Shown piece by piece: positions 39,901 to 52,540 of a DNA stretch of 64,000 nucleotides. Position 1 is the stretch's first letter; each line of letters starts with the position of its first letter. The position numbers and the translations under genes were made by a program. The notes under the pieces were generated by a model that ran no database searches, was not told where the DNA came from, and saw only the letters and a program-made list of their open reading frames with translations. Location of the stretch: NCBI GenBank assembly GCA_012295275.1, contig CM022668.1, forward strand, positions 12,276,001-12,340,000, written 5' to 3'. This DNA comes from Chrysomallon squamiferum (lineage: Eukaryota; Animalia; Mollusca).

Positions 39901-40661
39901 CAGAGAAAGAACAAGTTGAGGAGGAAGTTACAATCACAGAAGAAACTGCCCTCATTGAAGAGGCAGAAAGAGAAAAACAGAAGATGTTGAGGCAGAAATT
40001 TCTCTGGAGGAAAACCTGAACTGAACAAGTTGAGGAGGAAGTTACAATCACAGAAGAAACTGCCCTCATTGAAGAGGCAGAAAGAGAAAAACCACAAGAT
40101 GTTGAGGCAGAAATTTCTCTTGAGGAAAAACCAGAGAAAGAACAAGTTGAGGAGGAAGTTACAATCACAGAAGAAACTGCCCTCATTGAAGAGGCAGAAA
40201 GAGAAAAACCAGAAGACGTTGAGGCAGAAATTTCTCTGGAGGAAAAACCTGTAACTGAACAAGTTGAGGAGGAAGTTACAATCACAGAAGAAACTGCCCT
40301 CATTGAAGAGGCAGAAAGAGAAAAACCACAAGATGTTGAGGCAGAAATTTCTCTTGAGGAAAAACCAGAGAAAGAACAAGTTGAGGAGGAAGTTACAATC
40401 ACAGAAGAAACTGCCCTCATTGAAGAGGCAGAAAGAGAAAAACCAGAAGATGTTGAGGCAGAAATTTCTCTGGAGGAGAAACAGGAAGATGTTGATGCAG
40501 AAATTTCTTTTGAAGAGAAACCAGAAACAGTTGAAATTAAAGAAGAAATTTCTGTTGAGGAAAAAGAGAAATCTGTCATAGATGAAGAAGTAACAAGTGA
40601 AATTTCTTTGGCTGAGAAGCCAGCAACTGAAGATGTATCAGAAAGCATTGTCTTGGGAGAG
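30923..40661 (+). CDS. Exon 13: second giant Glu-rich exon (~3240 codons) with 39-aa and 13-aa repeats; a few probable assembly frameshifts
   Basis: ORFs 30866-34207 and 35124-40019 plus continuing repeats. Inferred acceptor TTCAAG|GAA (phase 0, weaker AAG type, start less certain); donor GAG|GTTAGT (phase 0). Confidence 0.85.
32555..32790 (+). repeat. 39-bp (13-aa, EEKPEEVEAEVSI) coding tandem repeat, about 6 copies
   Basis: Directly visible GAAGAAAAACCAGAAGAGGTTGAAGCAGAAGTATCCATT repeats. Confidence 0.88.
32790..35100 (+). repeat. 117-bp (39-aa, EKPQDVEAEISLEEKPEKEQVEEEVTITEETALIEEAER) coding array 1, about 19-20 copies
   Basis: Directly visible; early copies are the DADISIKEKPATEQIEEEFTIKE variant. 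Confidence 0.92.
36810..40500 (+). repeat. 117-bp (39-aa) coding array 2, about 31 copies
   Basis: Directly visible near-identical tandem copies. Confidence 0.93.
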
Positions 40662-42192
40662 GTTAGTTATCGTGGTTATTGATTTGGTGTAAATTTAAGA
40701 AGCGAAATAAAATTGCAGATGAAATCAGAAAATATATGTGTGTATATATATATATATATATACATTTATGCCAAATAATTCTTTAAAAAATGTTATTGTT
40801 ATTATTATTATCAATCATGCATTTCTTTTCAGGAAGTAAATTCTATTTTAAATTGTTTTCGGTTTTTTCCTTTATTATCCCAATGTGTCATGTGACACCA
40901 TCCAAACCCTTTGATTGGTTACCTTCCACATAGTTTTATTTAATACTAGATTTGGTTTGCAGACCATTACAGTATTTGCTGCCCATACCAAACTGCAGAG
41001 TGCCTTCGCTCCCATAGGTCAATCATAGAACTGCAGCCTTTTGATTGGACAAGACCTAGATTCTTTAAAATATTATGGGAAATGCAGCCTTTTGATTGGA
41101 TGTTATCCCAAATTGAATATTTGTTGTTACATATTTTGTTACATATATTGTTTATATATTGTTTCTATATCATATTTATATATATATCCTTTGTGTGGGA
41201 GTATTTTTTGTTGTCTGTCATAAAGTCCACTTCGTTATTATCTGTTGTAAATCACAGTAGAATTGAATCTAGTCAGATCTAGGTGTGGTACAAAAATGTT
41301 GTTTTATTTCTTATCTGTAATACACTGTTTTATTGGTCCCTTCTGTATATTAGTACATGTTGTATCAATATAATTCTTGTTGTTAATATATTGTATATAT
41401 TGAATAACACTGTATTCTGTCTATATTTATTGCCTGAAATGTCTCTCTTTTTTCTATTATTATAATTATTATTACAAAAAAATTTTAAATTTATTTCTTT
41501 TACTAGTTGATGTCTATGTATTGTAAAATTATATTTTTTTTTTTAAATTGTCACTTTTTCTTTACACATTATATATTTTTCTAATTCATGGTAGTAATTT
41601 TTGTTATATTTTATTTACATGGTTAATTATTTGCATATAATTTACAGGTTAATATTTCGGTATGTATACATGTAATATATATGTGTGTGTATATGACCCT
41701 TTTTGCTAAAATTGGTTATATTGATACCGATCAAGAACTTTTACAATTTTTTATATCTAATTAGATGTATTCATTTGGAGTTCAAATGATGTCAAAAATG
41801 AAATACATCTACTCTGACATTTTACAGTTTCAGTTAGATAAGGCTGTTATAATAAAATTATGAATTTTGTGTATTTGGCCTACAAAGGTTTTCACTTTTG
41901 TATGCAGCAATAACTCCATAAACTTTTTGTGGTATTATTATTATTACTAATATTATTATAGAAAAACCAAATTTGTTATCTTTGTATCAGTGCAACTAAT
42001 TTTGGCAGATGGGGTCACATGTATAATTTTCATGAAAAGCCTAATATATTTTTAACATACTTTTTACTCCATCTTTTTTCTAAGTTTTTCACGCTTAATC
42101 TTAATTAGTTAATGTATAATAAGTAGGAATTTTCAAAGAAGATTATTATGAAAAAAAAAAAAAAATGACCTTTATTTAAATTGTAAAAATAG

Positions 42193-42335
42193 GCAAAACC
42201 AGGAGAAGATGTTGAAGTTGAGTTGACAATTTCTCCAAACTTCAACAAAGGACTGGATGACCAGGAAGTGACCGAGGGCACCACTGTGACCTTGACCGTC
42301 AAGGTCACTGGCACTCCCACACCTTCAGTTACATG
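42193..42335 (+). CDS. Exon 14: N-half of Ig domain 4 (SPNFNKGLDDQEVTEGTTVTLTVKVTGTPTPSVTW)
   Basis: AATAG acceptor, TG|GTTGGT donor, phase 0-2. Confidence 0.9.
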
Positions 42336-42349
42336 GTTGGTATATTTAA

Positions 42350-42710
42350 TATAAATATTATAATGACATGAATAGTAATATTATTTAATATATTACGTCA
42401 TTAGTAGTGTATTATATAATCAGTAGTAATATAATAGAAATGTAATGTAATAAAAATATTATAATGACATAAATAGTAATATTATTAAATATATTACATC
42501 ATTAGTTGTGTATTATATAATCAGTAGTAATATAATAGAAATGTAATATAATAAAGATATTATAATGACATGAATAGTAATATTATTAAATATGTTACGT
42601 CATTAGTAGTGTATTATATAATCAGTAGTAATATAATGGAAATGTAATATAATAATGAAATATATTATAATGACATAAATAGTAATATTGTTAAATATAT
42701 TACACAGTAG
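42350..42710. repeat. ~101-bp AT-rich intronic minisatellite, about 3.5 copies with degenerate tail
   Basis: TAATGACAT..ATAGTAATATT recurs near 42361, 42462, 42563, 42668. Confidence 0.82.
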
Positions 42711-43377
42711 TGTATTTAGTAATATAATAAACTTAATTGTAGGTAATATTAAAAATATGTTTTATAATCAGTATATTTAGTAATATAACAAACTGAATTG
42801 TAAGCAATATTAAATATATTACATAATTAATAGTATGTTTAGTAATGTAATAAACTGACAAGTAGATAATATTAAAAATATTGCATAATTAGTATATATA
42901 TATTAAGTAATATAATAATATCAGTAGAAGGTATTATTATAAATTATTACATAACTAGTGGTATATAATTTAGTAATATAATATACTGACTAGCAGATAA
43001 TATCGAAAATAATTACATAATTCGTTGAATTATATATTATATATTCAATAATAAAATATACTGATTGGTAAGTAACATTAAATATATTACATAATTAGTA
43101 GTATATTTCATAATATAATAAGTTGAATAGTTGTTAATGTAAAATAATTAGTAATGTAAATTGTATATTAGATAAAATTATTATATAAATACTGCATAAT
43201 TAGTAAGTATGTTAAATATATTACACAATGAATATGTTACATCTCTAATATATCTTACATATACAGAAGAAAGAAAGAAAAAAAAGAAGGCAGTTATTAA
43301 TTAACATGGACCTGTGTAATTATGAAAATTTATTATTAGCAAAGTTTGGGTTGAAAATGTTTAACTTTTTTTATTAG

Positions 43378-43559
43378 GTACAAAGATGGGGTGGAGATAA
43401 AACCAAACGACCACTTCATTACCAGGAAGGACGTTGACAACACCTACACCCTGACCATAGTGGACACAACACTGGACGATGATGCTGAGTATGTCTGTAC
43501 AGCAGCCAACACAGCAGGGTCAATCACAACATCTGCCGAGGTCTTCGTCAACCCTGCTG
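43378..43559 (+). CDS. Exon 15: C-half of Ig domain 4 (YKDGVEIKPNDHF...DDDAEYVCTAANTAG...VFVNPA)
   Basis: TTATTAG acceptor, CTG|GTGAGA donor, phase 2-1. Confidence 0.92.
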
Positions 43560-43652
43560 GTGAGAATAAATGTTTTACTTGAAAAACAAAATAGTCACTT
43601 TAAATGATTCAAATGTGAACATCTTGAGTAAATTAAAGCTTAGTCCAGGAGA

Positions 43653-43653
<1 letters not shown>

Positions 43654-43725
<72 letters not shown>

Positions 43726-43740
43726 TATAATAATAATATT
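43654..43740. repeat. (AAT)n microsatellite; similar (ATT)n tracts occur at 13325, 17435, 20160-20470, 21950, 23850, 45720, 46160, 47000, 48870, 53810, 54400, 55290, 55610
   Basis: Directly visible. Confidence 0.95.
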
Positions 43741-44241
43741 GCTGCTGTTGTTGTAATATAATAATCTTTCATAATTAGTAAATAAAAAAAAAAATAATAA
43801 TAACAATGATAATGATAATAATAACAACAACAACAATAGTAATGATAATAATAACAACAACAGCACTAATAACAGAACTAGATTAATAATAATAATAAGA
43901 TGTATGCAAATACATTCAGAAGTAAATAAAGTATTTTGATTAACACCTAATATAATTTTATTCTTCACTTCAAATTCATGATCACTGCTATAATTCACAC
44001 CTTAAAGATGACCTTCTCCAAACAGCTGACCTATTCTAAATCCTGATTTTTTACTTTAAAAAGATAATCTTGACAATGGCCTTAATAATAATCTTGAATT
44101 TGACCTTTTCTAAGTGCTTATTTTCACTTATAATAGCTAACTGTCACAGTGACTGAATGCGGATGATGAATTTCGCCTGTACCAAATCTGAAGGATGAAT
44201 GAATTTTTTATTATTTATTTGTTTTTTTTTTCTCTCTCTAG

Positions 44242-44389
44242 GCGAAGCTCCATCATTTATTACTACACTGGAAGACATTGAAGTCAATGTTGGCCAACCC
44301 ATCGTCCTTGAGTGCCAGGTCAAAGGTCAGCCAAAGCCAGAGGTCACCTGGTTGTGTGACAATGTTGAACTGACTGACAAGAGATACAA
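44242..44389 (+). CDS. Exon 16: N-part of Ig domain 5 (APSFITTLEDIEVNVGQPIVLECQVKGQPKPEVTW)
   Basis: CTCTAG acceptor, AA|GTAAGA donor, phase 1-2. Confidence 0.92.
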
Positions 44390-44729
44390 GTAAGATTTGT
44401 TTGTTCATTTTTCTGTTATTATTTTTATTTTTATTTTATTTTAATTTTTTTGTATATTTATTTATATAGTTTTTCAATCATTGTTTTATTTCATCTGTTA
44501 ATTATTTTTATTTGCAAATTTAATTTATTATTTAATTACATATTTTATATTTTATTTAAATATTTAAAATGTAATGTAGCAAACATTAGTTTTTTGTATT
44601 ATCATCATCATCATCATCATCATCATTATTAGTAGTAGTAGTACTACTATTAATTCTACTACTACTACTATTATTATTATTATTTTATTATTATTATTGC
44701 CATTGTCATTATTATTTTTATTACGAGTT

Positions 44730-44739
44730 CTACTACTAT

Positions 44740-44774
<35 letters not shown>

Positions 44775-45065
44775 GTACTACTACTACAACTATTATAATT
44801 ATTATTATTATTTTTGTTACTACTACTGCTACTACTACTACTACTACCACTACTACGACTACTACAACTACTACTACTACTACTACTACAACTACTACTA
44901 CAACTACTACAATTACTACTACTGCTACTACTACTAATACTACTACCACTACTACTTCTACTACTACTACTACAGCTACTACTACTACTACTACTATTAC
45001 AACTACTTCTACTACTACTACAACTACTACTACTACTACTACTACTACTACAACTACTACAACTG
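44730..45065. repeat. (CTA/ACT)n imperfect trinucleotide microsatellite
   Basis: Directly visible; ends ~15 nt before the exon 17 acceptor. Confidence 0.93.
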
Positions 45066-45080
45066 TTAAACTTATTACAG

Positions 45081-45496
45081 AATTGAACACACTGATGAGA
45101 CTGTACGTCTGACCATCGCCGAGTCGACCGCTGATGATGAAGGTGACTACACCGTCAAAGCCATCAACGAGAAAGGTGTTGCATCGTGCAGCTCCGAGGT
45201 CCTCGTCCACATCGAGGCTCCAGTCATCACCAAGCCTCTTTCTGACATCACCACGAAGGTCAAGGACACAGCTAGGCTTGAGTGTCGCATCAAGGGACTC
45301 CCATACCCGACAGTTTCGTGGTTCGTCGACCAGACGGAAATACAACAGGGTCCCAAATACACCATCGGCCACCATGAAGACGTCCACACCTTGGAGATTG
45401 GTGACGTTGTGCCTGCCGATGCTGACGTCACCTACACCTGCAAGGCGACCAACGTTGCAGGGGAGGCGTCCACGACAGCATCGCTTCTTGTTCAAG
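45081..45496 (+). CDS. Exon 17: C-part of Ig domain 5 plus complete Ig domain 6 (APVITKPLSDITTKVKDTARLECRIKGLPYPTVSW...YTCKATNVAG...LLVQ)
   Basis: TTACAG acceptor, AAG|GTCTGT donor, phase 2-1, hand translated. Confidence 0.92.
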
Positions 45497-45798
45497 GTCT
45501 GTTGAATGTGATGTTGTTTGCTGTGGTTGTTCATATATGCATGGAAAGTGTAGTAGGTTGTTTCACTCAGTCTGTTGTGGATGTTTTCTGCACGAGTGTA
45601 AAACAAGGCATGATCACTGCACAATCATACAGAAAACCAATATATGCATGATGTGTATGTAATATGTGAACCTGATATTTGTAGACTTTTAATGTGAGTC
45701 ATTATATTAACAAAAGATATTATTATTATTTTTATTATTATTATTATTATTATTATCATTATTATTATTATTAAAATTGTTATTATTATTTTTGTTTA

Positions 45799-45829
<31 letters not shown>

Positions 45830-45868
45830 TATGTTATTATTAATATTATTATTAATATTATTATGATG

Positions 45869-45904
<36 letters not shown>

Positions 45905-46163
45905 TGTTTCAAAATTTGATATTATTGCATTTGGTCTTACATCATATAATTATTTCATAAACTTGATCTTAAAAAGGATATTTTGCACCAAAAACATATT
46001 TTTTTTTTTTAACTTTTTTAAGAATAAATTCAAAAATTAAAAATGAACCGTTTTTAACTATTTTTAAAAGAATTAAGTGAAAATGTTATTTCAAATAATT
46101 ATTAAATAATATTTGATATTCTTCTGTATATTTTTTAATTATTTATTATTTATTTATTTATTT

Positions 46164-46224
<61 letters not shown>

Positions 46225-46992
46225 CACAAAATATTTTCAACTTCAGATGACACAAATTATAACATTTGTTTTGCATTCTTCATCTCTTCTTTAAAACACT
46301 GTAATAATTATATTCTTAGATCTATATTCTAACATAATATTACTTTTTATAACATTGTATTCTCTTGTGTTCTTGTAGTTTTTAACTGCATGTTTCAATA
46401 GATCTTTTTTTTTATGAAGCATGAATAATGTGTGTACATTTTGTGTTTAAACTTAGAATTAATTGTATATTTAGATAAATAAATATTTATAATTTTTATA
46501 TTTGTTTGCATGAATTTTGTATAATTGTTTTGTTGTTGGGTTAAAATATAATTACATGTTGTTTTGTTTGTTTATTTGTTTTTTTTATATTTTGTATTTT
46601 TAAATTTGTATTGAATATTTATGCTCAAAATAAGTAAGAAAATGATTTTGGTAAGTAATCATAATTATATCAATACATTACCAAATTGTAATTTACTTTT
46701 TGTGTTATTTGTATTATTATTATTATTAATATTATTATTATTATTATTTTATTTTGTTACATTGCTTGTGCAAACAATATATATTTCTTTTAATAAAGAA
46801 ACTAATATAATTTAAAATATATAAAATTTATTTTGTATTATAAAATACAAAAGAAATAATAATAATTAAACAAGTTACAATGTTTCTATAAAGGTTCATA
46901 GTAAAGAATTAAACAAAATATATTTTTTTTAAATTTATTTCAAGTTATTTCTAAAAAGATCAAGAAATACCAGTAAATAAATCTATTTTTAC

Positions 46993-47044
<52 letters not shown>

Positions 47045-48865
47045 ATCATGTTATTAATATTATTATTAATAATTAAAAATAAATAAAATTTCTTTTATCT
47101 GCTAAGCCAATTTCTTGCCTTATATTAGCTTCTATTCATTATTTGGTATCTAAAGTGCTGGATTTTTTAAATTAATGCTTTATCTTTTTTTGAATATCAG
47201 TAACCATGTTTTTCGTGGTGAAAGTCATTTTAGTAACAGAGAGAGGGAAGAAAGTAACATTTGCTTTCAAGCCAGTAGAATAATAATTAAAATAGTAGTT
47301 AAGGGATATTAGTTAAATTATTCTTAATAATTCTGGAATTATTATTAAAAAACTTTATTTTAATATTATTTTATTTTAGTTCTTGTAAGTTATACTTAGT
47401 CCTTGTTGTAAATATAACCATGAAATCTTGCCCAAATTAATTTACTTAATTTAAATTTAATTTTTTTTTTTTAATTATTTAGCACATACATTAAAAAAGA
47501 GAAGATTATTATATTTTATTTATTTATTTATTTATTTATAATTATTAAACTATAAAATATATAAAATTTAAAATATAATTTGTTTTCTTTCAATAATATC
47601 CTATATAGATAAAATAAATAAATGTTCTATAAAAAGAAACAGTTTGAATTTTTAAACAATAATGAAAAATACTGCATTTAAAGTGCATTGAAATGTGATT
47701 TTAAAAAAATTAAATATAAAAATTAATTAAAATGCAAATGTTATTAGTATGTTATGTTTATCAGGATATATTAATGTTATTAGTGCCATATTTTAGATAG
47801 CATTTTTTTATATATGTGGATTTATTTTTGTCTTGTTCACCTTTGTTATATGTAGTATATGTTACATTGAATATTAGTTTTTTGATATTTTTACCTTTCA
47901 TTATGATCTGACCAGACATAATTAAAATAAATTAATATTAAACACATTCATAGACACACACACACACATACACACATAAGACATTCACAGACATAAAATA
48001 TTTCCAAAACATAAATAAGTCTATATCAAAATACAGTGTATGACAAATGTTACATACTTTGTATTATATATCTAATATACTTTATTATTTAAAATATAAA
48101 ATGCTCTTATGCAGTATTTTAAAAAAAAAAACACATATATTATATGCAGTTAAGTGTACTGTTTTGTTTTAAACAGTAATGGTAGAATACAGGTTTTAAT
48201 GTAATTTTCTCAAAGTTGTCTCTTTACACAAGTAAATATGATTAATTGTTTTATGCATTTCAGTAGCTTTAATATAATATTACAGCTACTGTAATGTTTT
48301 AAACTGTGTGTTAACTTTTGTAATATATAACTGAACATCACTATTATTATTATTTTACACACATACACACACATTCATTTATATATATATTGATAATTGT
48401 TATGCAATGTTATATTTTCAAAAATCATAGACAACTAAATATATTGGTATGTTTTTAATATATCAGAACATTAGTGTGTATGTGTTTATGTATGTATGTG
48501 TGTGTGTATTTATATATATATATTTCAGTACTTTCATTATCAACAAAAGAACTTTAGTATATAGTATATATTTTTATATGAACATATAGGAACTTGTGTA
48601 CATAATTAAATACTGTTATCATCAACAAAGAAGTTTATATACATAAGAAATGAAACACAACTCTCTAATATGTCTGGTCATATCACTTACTCTCATATAT
48701 TACCAGCTAGTGTGAAATATGCTTGTTTATTAAACTGCTCAATCCGATATAACACTGTGTTCTGTTATTATCATGCTTCACCTTAAATGTATAATCTTTT
48801 CACCTTTTAATAAAGCTCCATAATGTACCTTTGCTGCATTTCTGTAGTCTTTTTTTTAAAAACAA

Positions 48866-48912
<47 letters not shown>

Positions 48913-49773
48913 GTGCTAATTACCCCAGTAATTAGAATAGTTTTCCCAGTGTAGAATAGATCACATACACCTGTTGTTAGGAGTGGTGAGTATCTGTGTT
49001 CTAATAGAATTTAGTTTTTAGTAAGAATTAACATATATATATATTATTATATATCCCAGAATTTATATCACTAGTAACACAACAGCATATACATCTCGAT
49101 ATAAACAATAAACATAAATTCCAATTTTTTTTTACACAATGGTATAGGGTTAATTTAATCTTCCAAAAGTGTATTTTAAAAAATGGTCCTTCCTGATAAT
49201 ATAAATGAAAATAATGAATTTAAATGAGAAATAAAATTGAGGCTAATATTTGACCCTCATAGAGAGAGAGAAATATGAAAATGGCTGGGTATTTCAAAAC
49301 ACAACCAGTTTTGGTTCTGTCATTTTTACTGTACCCAGATGAAACAGTGACTGTTTATGATGAAATCACCATTAAAAAAAAAGATATAATATAATAATAT
49401 TCCAAAGATTAAAAAAAAAGAAGAAGACAAAGCTTGAAATAATCCACAAAAATGATGAAAATTTGGTACATTTTCATGACAGTTGAATAATAATTTTAAA
49501 AATTTACTTATCTTATAAGTAAAGAAAATTATTTATATATATTTTTTATATTTTTCCAGTAAAAAAAAATTCTGCTCCTAACACTTACAAAGCTTTTGCT
49601 ATATTATTATTACCCACAATTCTGTCCGCTGTTCTACTCAGTCTTTGTAGTCAATTTTCAACAGTTAACTCAGATTTTTTTCTATATATATTATCAAAAA
49701 TATATCCCAAAAAATGAAAAACGACAAGCACTGCCATTGTGACCATTTCTTCTTTCTCTAAACCAAATTTCAG

Positions 49774-50052
49774 TTCCTGCACGAATTCTCACAGCTCCCG
49801 ACAAAGTAACTGTCAGTGAAGGGGAGACAATCCACATTTCGTGCAGTATCAGAGGAACTCCCGTACCAGCCATTAATTGGGCCGTTAACGATCAGCAGTT
49901 AGTAGTAGATGATCGCCACCAGGTGGCAGCAACACCTGAAACTGTTACCATGACAATTTCGTCTGCTGCCCTGAAAGATACGGCGATCTATACTCTAATG
50001 ATAAAGAATGATACTGGATATGATAGAGTACTGATAGGTGTTTTTGTAAAAC
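49774..50052 (+). CDS. Exon 18: Ig domain 7 (VPARILTAPDKVTVSEGETIHISCSIRGTPVPAINW...DTAIYTLMIKNDTGYDRVLIGVFVK)
   Basis: TTTCAG acceptor, AAC|GTAAGT donor, 279 nt phase 1-1; absent from the ORF track. Confidence 0.88.
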
Positions 50053-50253
50053 GTAAGTAAAAACAGATGCTGAGAGAAAGAGAGAGGTGGAGGGGAAAAT
50101 GGGGGATGGGGGAGATTTGGAGAGGTGGTGGGGGTATGGGGAAAATGTTCTAAGAGGTGGTGGTATAGCAAGCTGTGGGGGAGAAAAAGTAAATTTAATT
50201 TGGCAAAAAACAAAATAGATATAGTTTTTATTATTTATTTGCTAATATTTTTT

Positions 50254-50289
<36 letters not shown>

Positions 50290-51212
50290 GCTCAAAAATT
50301 AGTTACCAGATTTTATTTTTCATTTATTGTCATCCATTATATATGCTTGTGTAGTATTAAGTTTATTGCATGTTCGTAGAAGAATGTGAATTTTTTATTT
50401 TTATTTTTTATTTTTTTGTTTGTTCATTGTTGTTGGTTCTTTTTTTGCACAATTCCTAATAATGATTTCAGTTTTAATATAACTTTTTAAAATAATATCT
50501 GCATTAAAAATATAATTGTTGTAACTGTAATAATAAATCTGAATTATTTTTAATAAAAATAATCAACTGGATTATAATGAAATTAGCGGAATGTTAGAAA
50601 TAATAAGATGAATAGATATATACTGGATATGTAAATTTAATGATAAATTTAATATATATATATATATATATCATTTTTTTTCAAATGAAACCCCAAAATC
50701 CAGCATTTTAGGAATGTAAAATAAAAATCAAACACAATTTTATTATTTTTATATATTTATTTATTTATTTTGGGTTTTTTTGTTTTTTGTTTATTTATTT
50801 ATTTATTTATTTGAAAAACAAAGAAAATAATAATAATGACAACAGTCAGAACGATTTTAAGAAGGAAAGATATACTGCATTAATAAAATAAAGATATATA
50901 TATATATATAAACTATTTAAATCCAGTGAAAACTGGCTTCATATTATTTATTTTGATAATAATTATTATGACTATGACTATTATAAAATAAATAAATAAA
51001 TAAATCACATATTATATATGGATAATAACCTATTAAAAATAAGAAATTAAAAAAAAAAAAAAAACATTATAACAAAGTTAAAGATGTCTGCAATAAATGC
51101 AATAATAATAAAAACAACAATAACAAAAATAACAACAAGAACAATAATCAAATTATTAATAATAATAACAATAATAATAAAAACAGTAATAATCATAATA
51201 AATAACAACAAT

Positions 51213-51257
<45 letters not shown>

Positions 51258-51724
51258 TAACAACAACAACAATAATGATAACAACAGCAACAACAACTCA
51301 GTATAAAAGAACTCTAAACAGTAACAACTTTCCTTATGTTAAAACTGGCACAACCTGATTTTTACATGGGTAGTGAGATATCTTGTCATATCCACCCAGG
51401 CTATTTTAGATTCCAGGACAAACAGATGTATTGTAAATAAAGTCCAGATAAGCCCCCCCCACCCCATGTAGCTCATGACCTTCACACATTCCAGTGCAAT
51501 ACTTAACCTTGTGCTGTAAACATTCTACTTTGTTAACATACAGAATATTTAATAATAATATATAAAAAATAAAAATAGAACGTATCAAATTGATGATTTT
51601 AATTATGATTATTTTGTAATAGAAAAAGTTTAAAGACTTTCATTTGTTTGTAGATTAGTATAAATGTTCTGTAAGCACTGTAATTTTATACAAAATAATT
51701 TTTTTTTATTAATGCTTTTTTTTT

Positions 51725-51945
51725 TATCTAAATCATAACCTTATAAATAACTAAATCATATTTTTATTGGAGTGGAAATTTTGGAGGTTTTACAGTATTA
51801 TTTATAAATAACCCTATTTTCTTTTCTTTTTTTTTTTCTTTTTTTTTTATCTATATCATAACCTTATAAATAACTAAATCATATTTTTACTGGAGTGGAA
51901 ATTTTTTTAGGTTTTACAGTATTATTTATAAATAACCCTATTTTT
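51725..51945. repeat. Two-copy ~125-bp direct tandem duplication in intron
   Basis: ATCATAACCTTATAAATAACTAAATCATATTTTTA.TGGAGTGGAAATTTT...AATAACCCTATTTT occurs twice. Confidence 0.85.
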
Positions 51946-52154
51946 GATTTGCTCTGTGGGAACAGGCATTGTTTAGGAAGTAATTTCATGGGTCCTGATT
52001 ATTAATTCTCTCAATCGCAGATCTATCAAACAGGAGTCATAATTTGTGTCCAGTATAAATTAACTAGATTGTGTAAACATTTTTACAAAAATGTCAACAA
52101 AATTTTGCTTACGGATACAACAAAAGTTTGTTAAAGAAATCCTGAGTTGACAAA

Positions 52155-52540
52155 AATGCTGCAATCATTTAAAAGGATATATAGAGATTAATATTTATTC
52201 AAGTTTTTGTTTTTCTGTTTGGATTTATCATGTGTTATCAACAATTTCAATAAAATAATAAATAAACTGGACATTAACAATGAAGTTTGAATCATTTAAA
52301 TGGATATACACGAATTAATATTTGTTCAGGATTTCAAATTCAAGTTGGATTTATCATAGGTGTTATCTTTAATAATTAAAATGGATAAGAGTGGATGTTT
52401 AAATTTTTTACAACATTCTCAATAAATTAATAAATAAATTAGATATTAACAAGGATTTTTGAAATCATTTAATTGATATACACGGATTAATATTCATTCC
52501 AGGTTTCAAATTTGAATAGGATTTATCATGTGTAATCCAA
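52155..52540. repeat. Degenerate three-copy intronic repeat (AATCATTTAA..GATATA..GA.TTAATATT...GGATTTATCAT)
   Basis: Motif recurs near 52162, 52291, 52463. Confidence 0.65.

Noticed and set aside
32790-40500. Possible CRISPR-like array
   Set aside because: No unique spacers and no cas genes; an in-frame coding tandem repeat in a spliceosomal gene
33354-40581. Lys/Arg-rich + strand ORFs (RRKLQSQKKLPSLKR...)
   Set aside because: Alternative reading frame of the 117-bp repeat
35816-40648. 1610-aa Ser-rich and 1125-aa Phe-rich antisense ORFs (also 32246-34099, 32788-34140 and many in 281-11922)
   Set aside because: Shadow frames of GAA/GAG-rich repeats; stop-free because the repeat unit lacks stops in those frames
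40900-41110. Short motif repeats (CCTTTTGATTGG) suggesting a promoter CCAAT cluster or small mobile element
   Set aside because: No terminal inverted repeats, target-site duplication or other support visible
44680-45624. 314-aa poly-Val antisense ORF and poly-Leu sense ORF
   Set aside because: Products of the (CTA)n microsatellite and the antisense of exon 17
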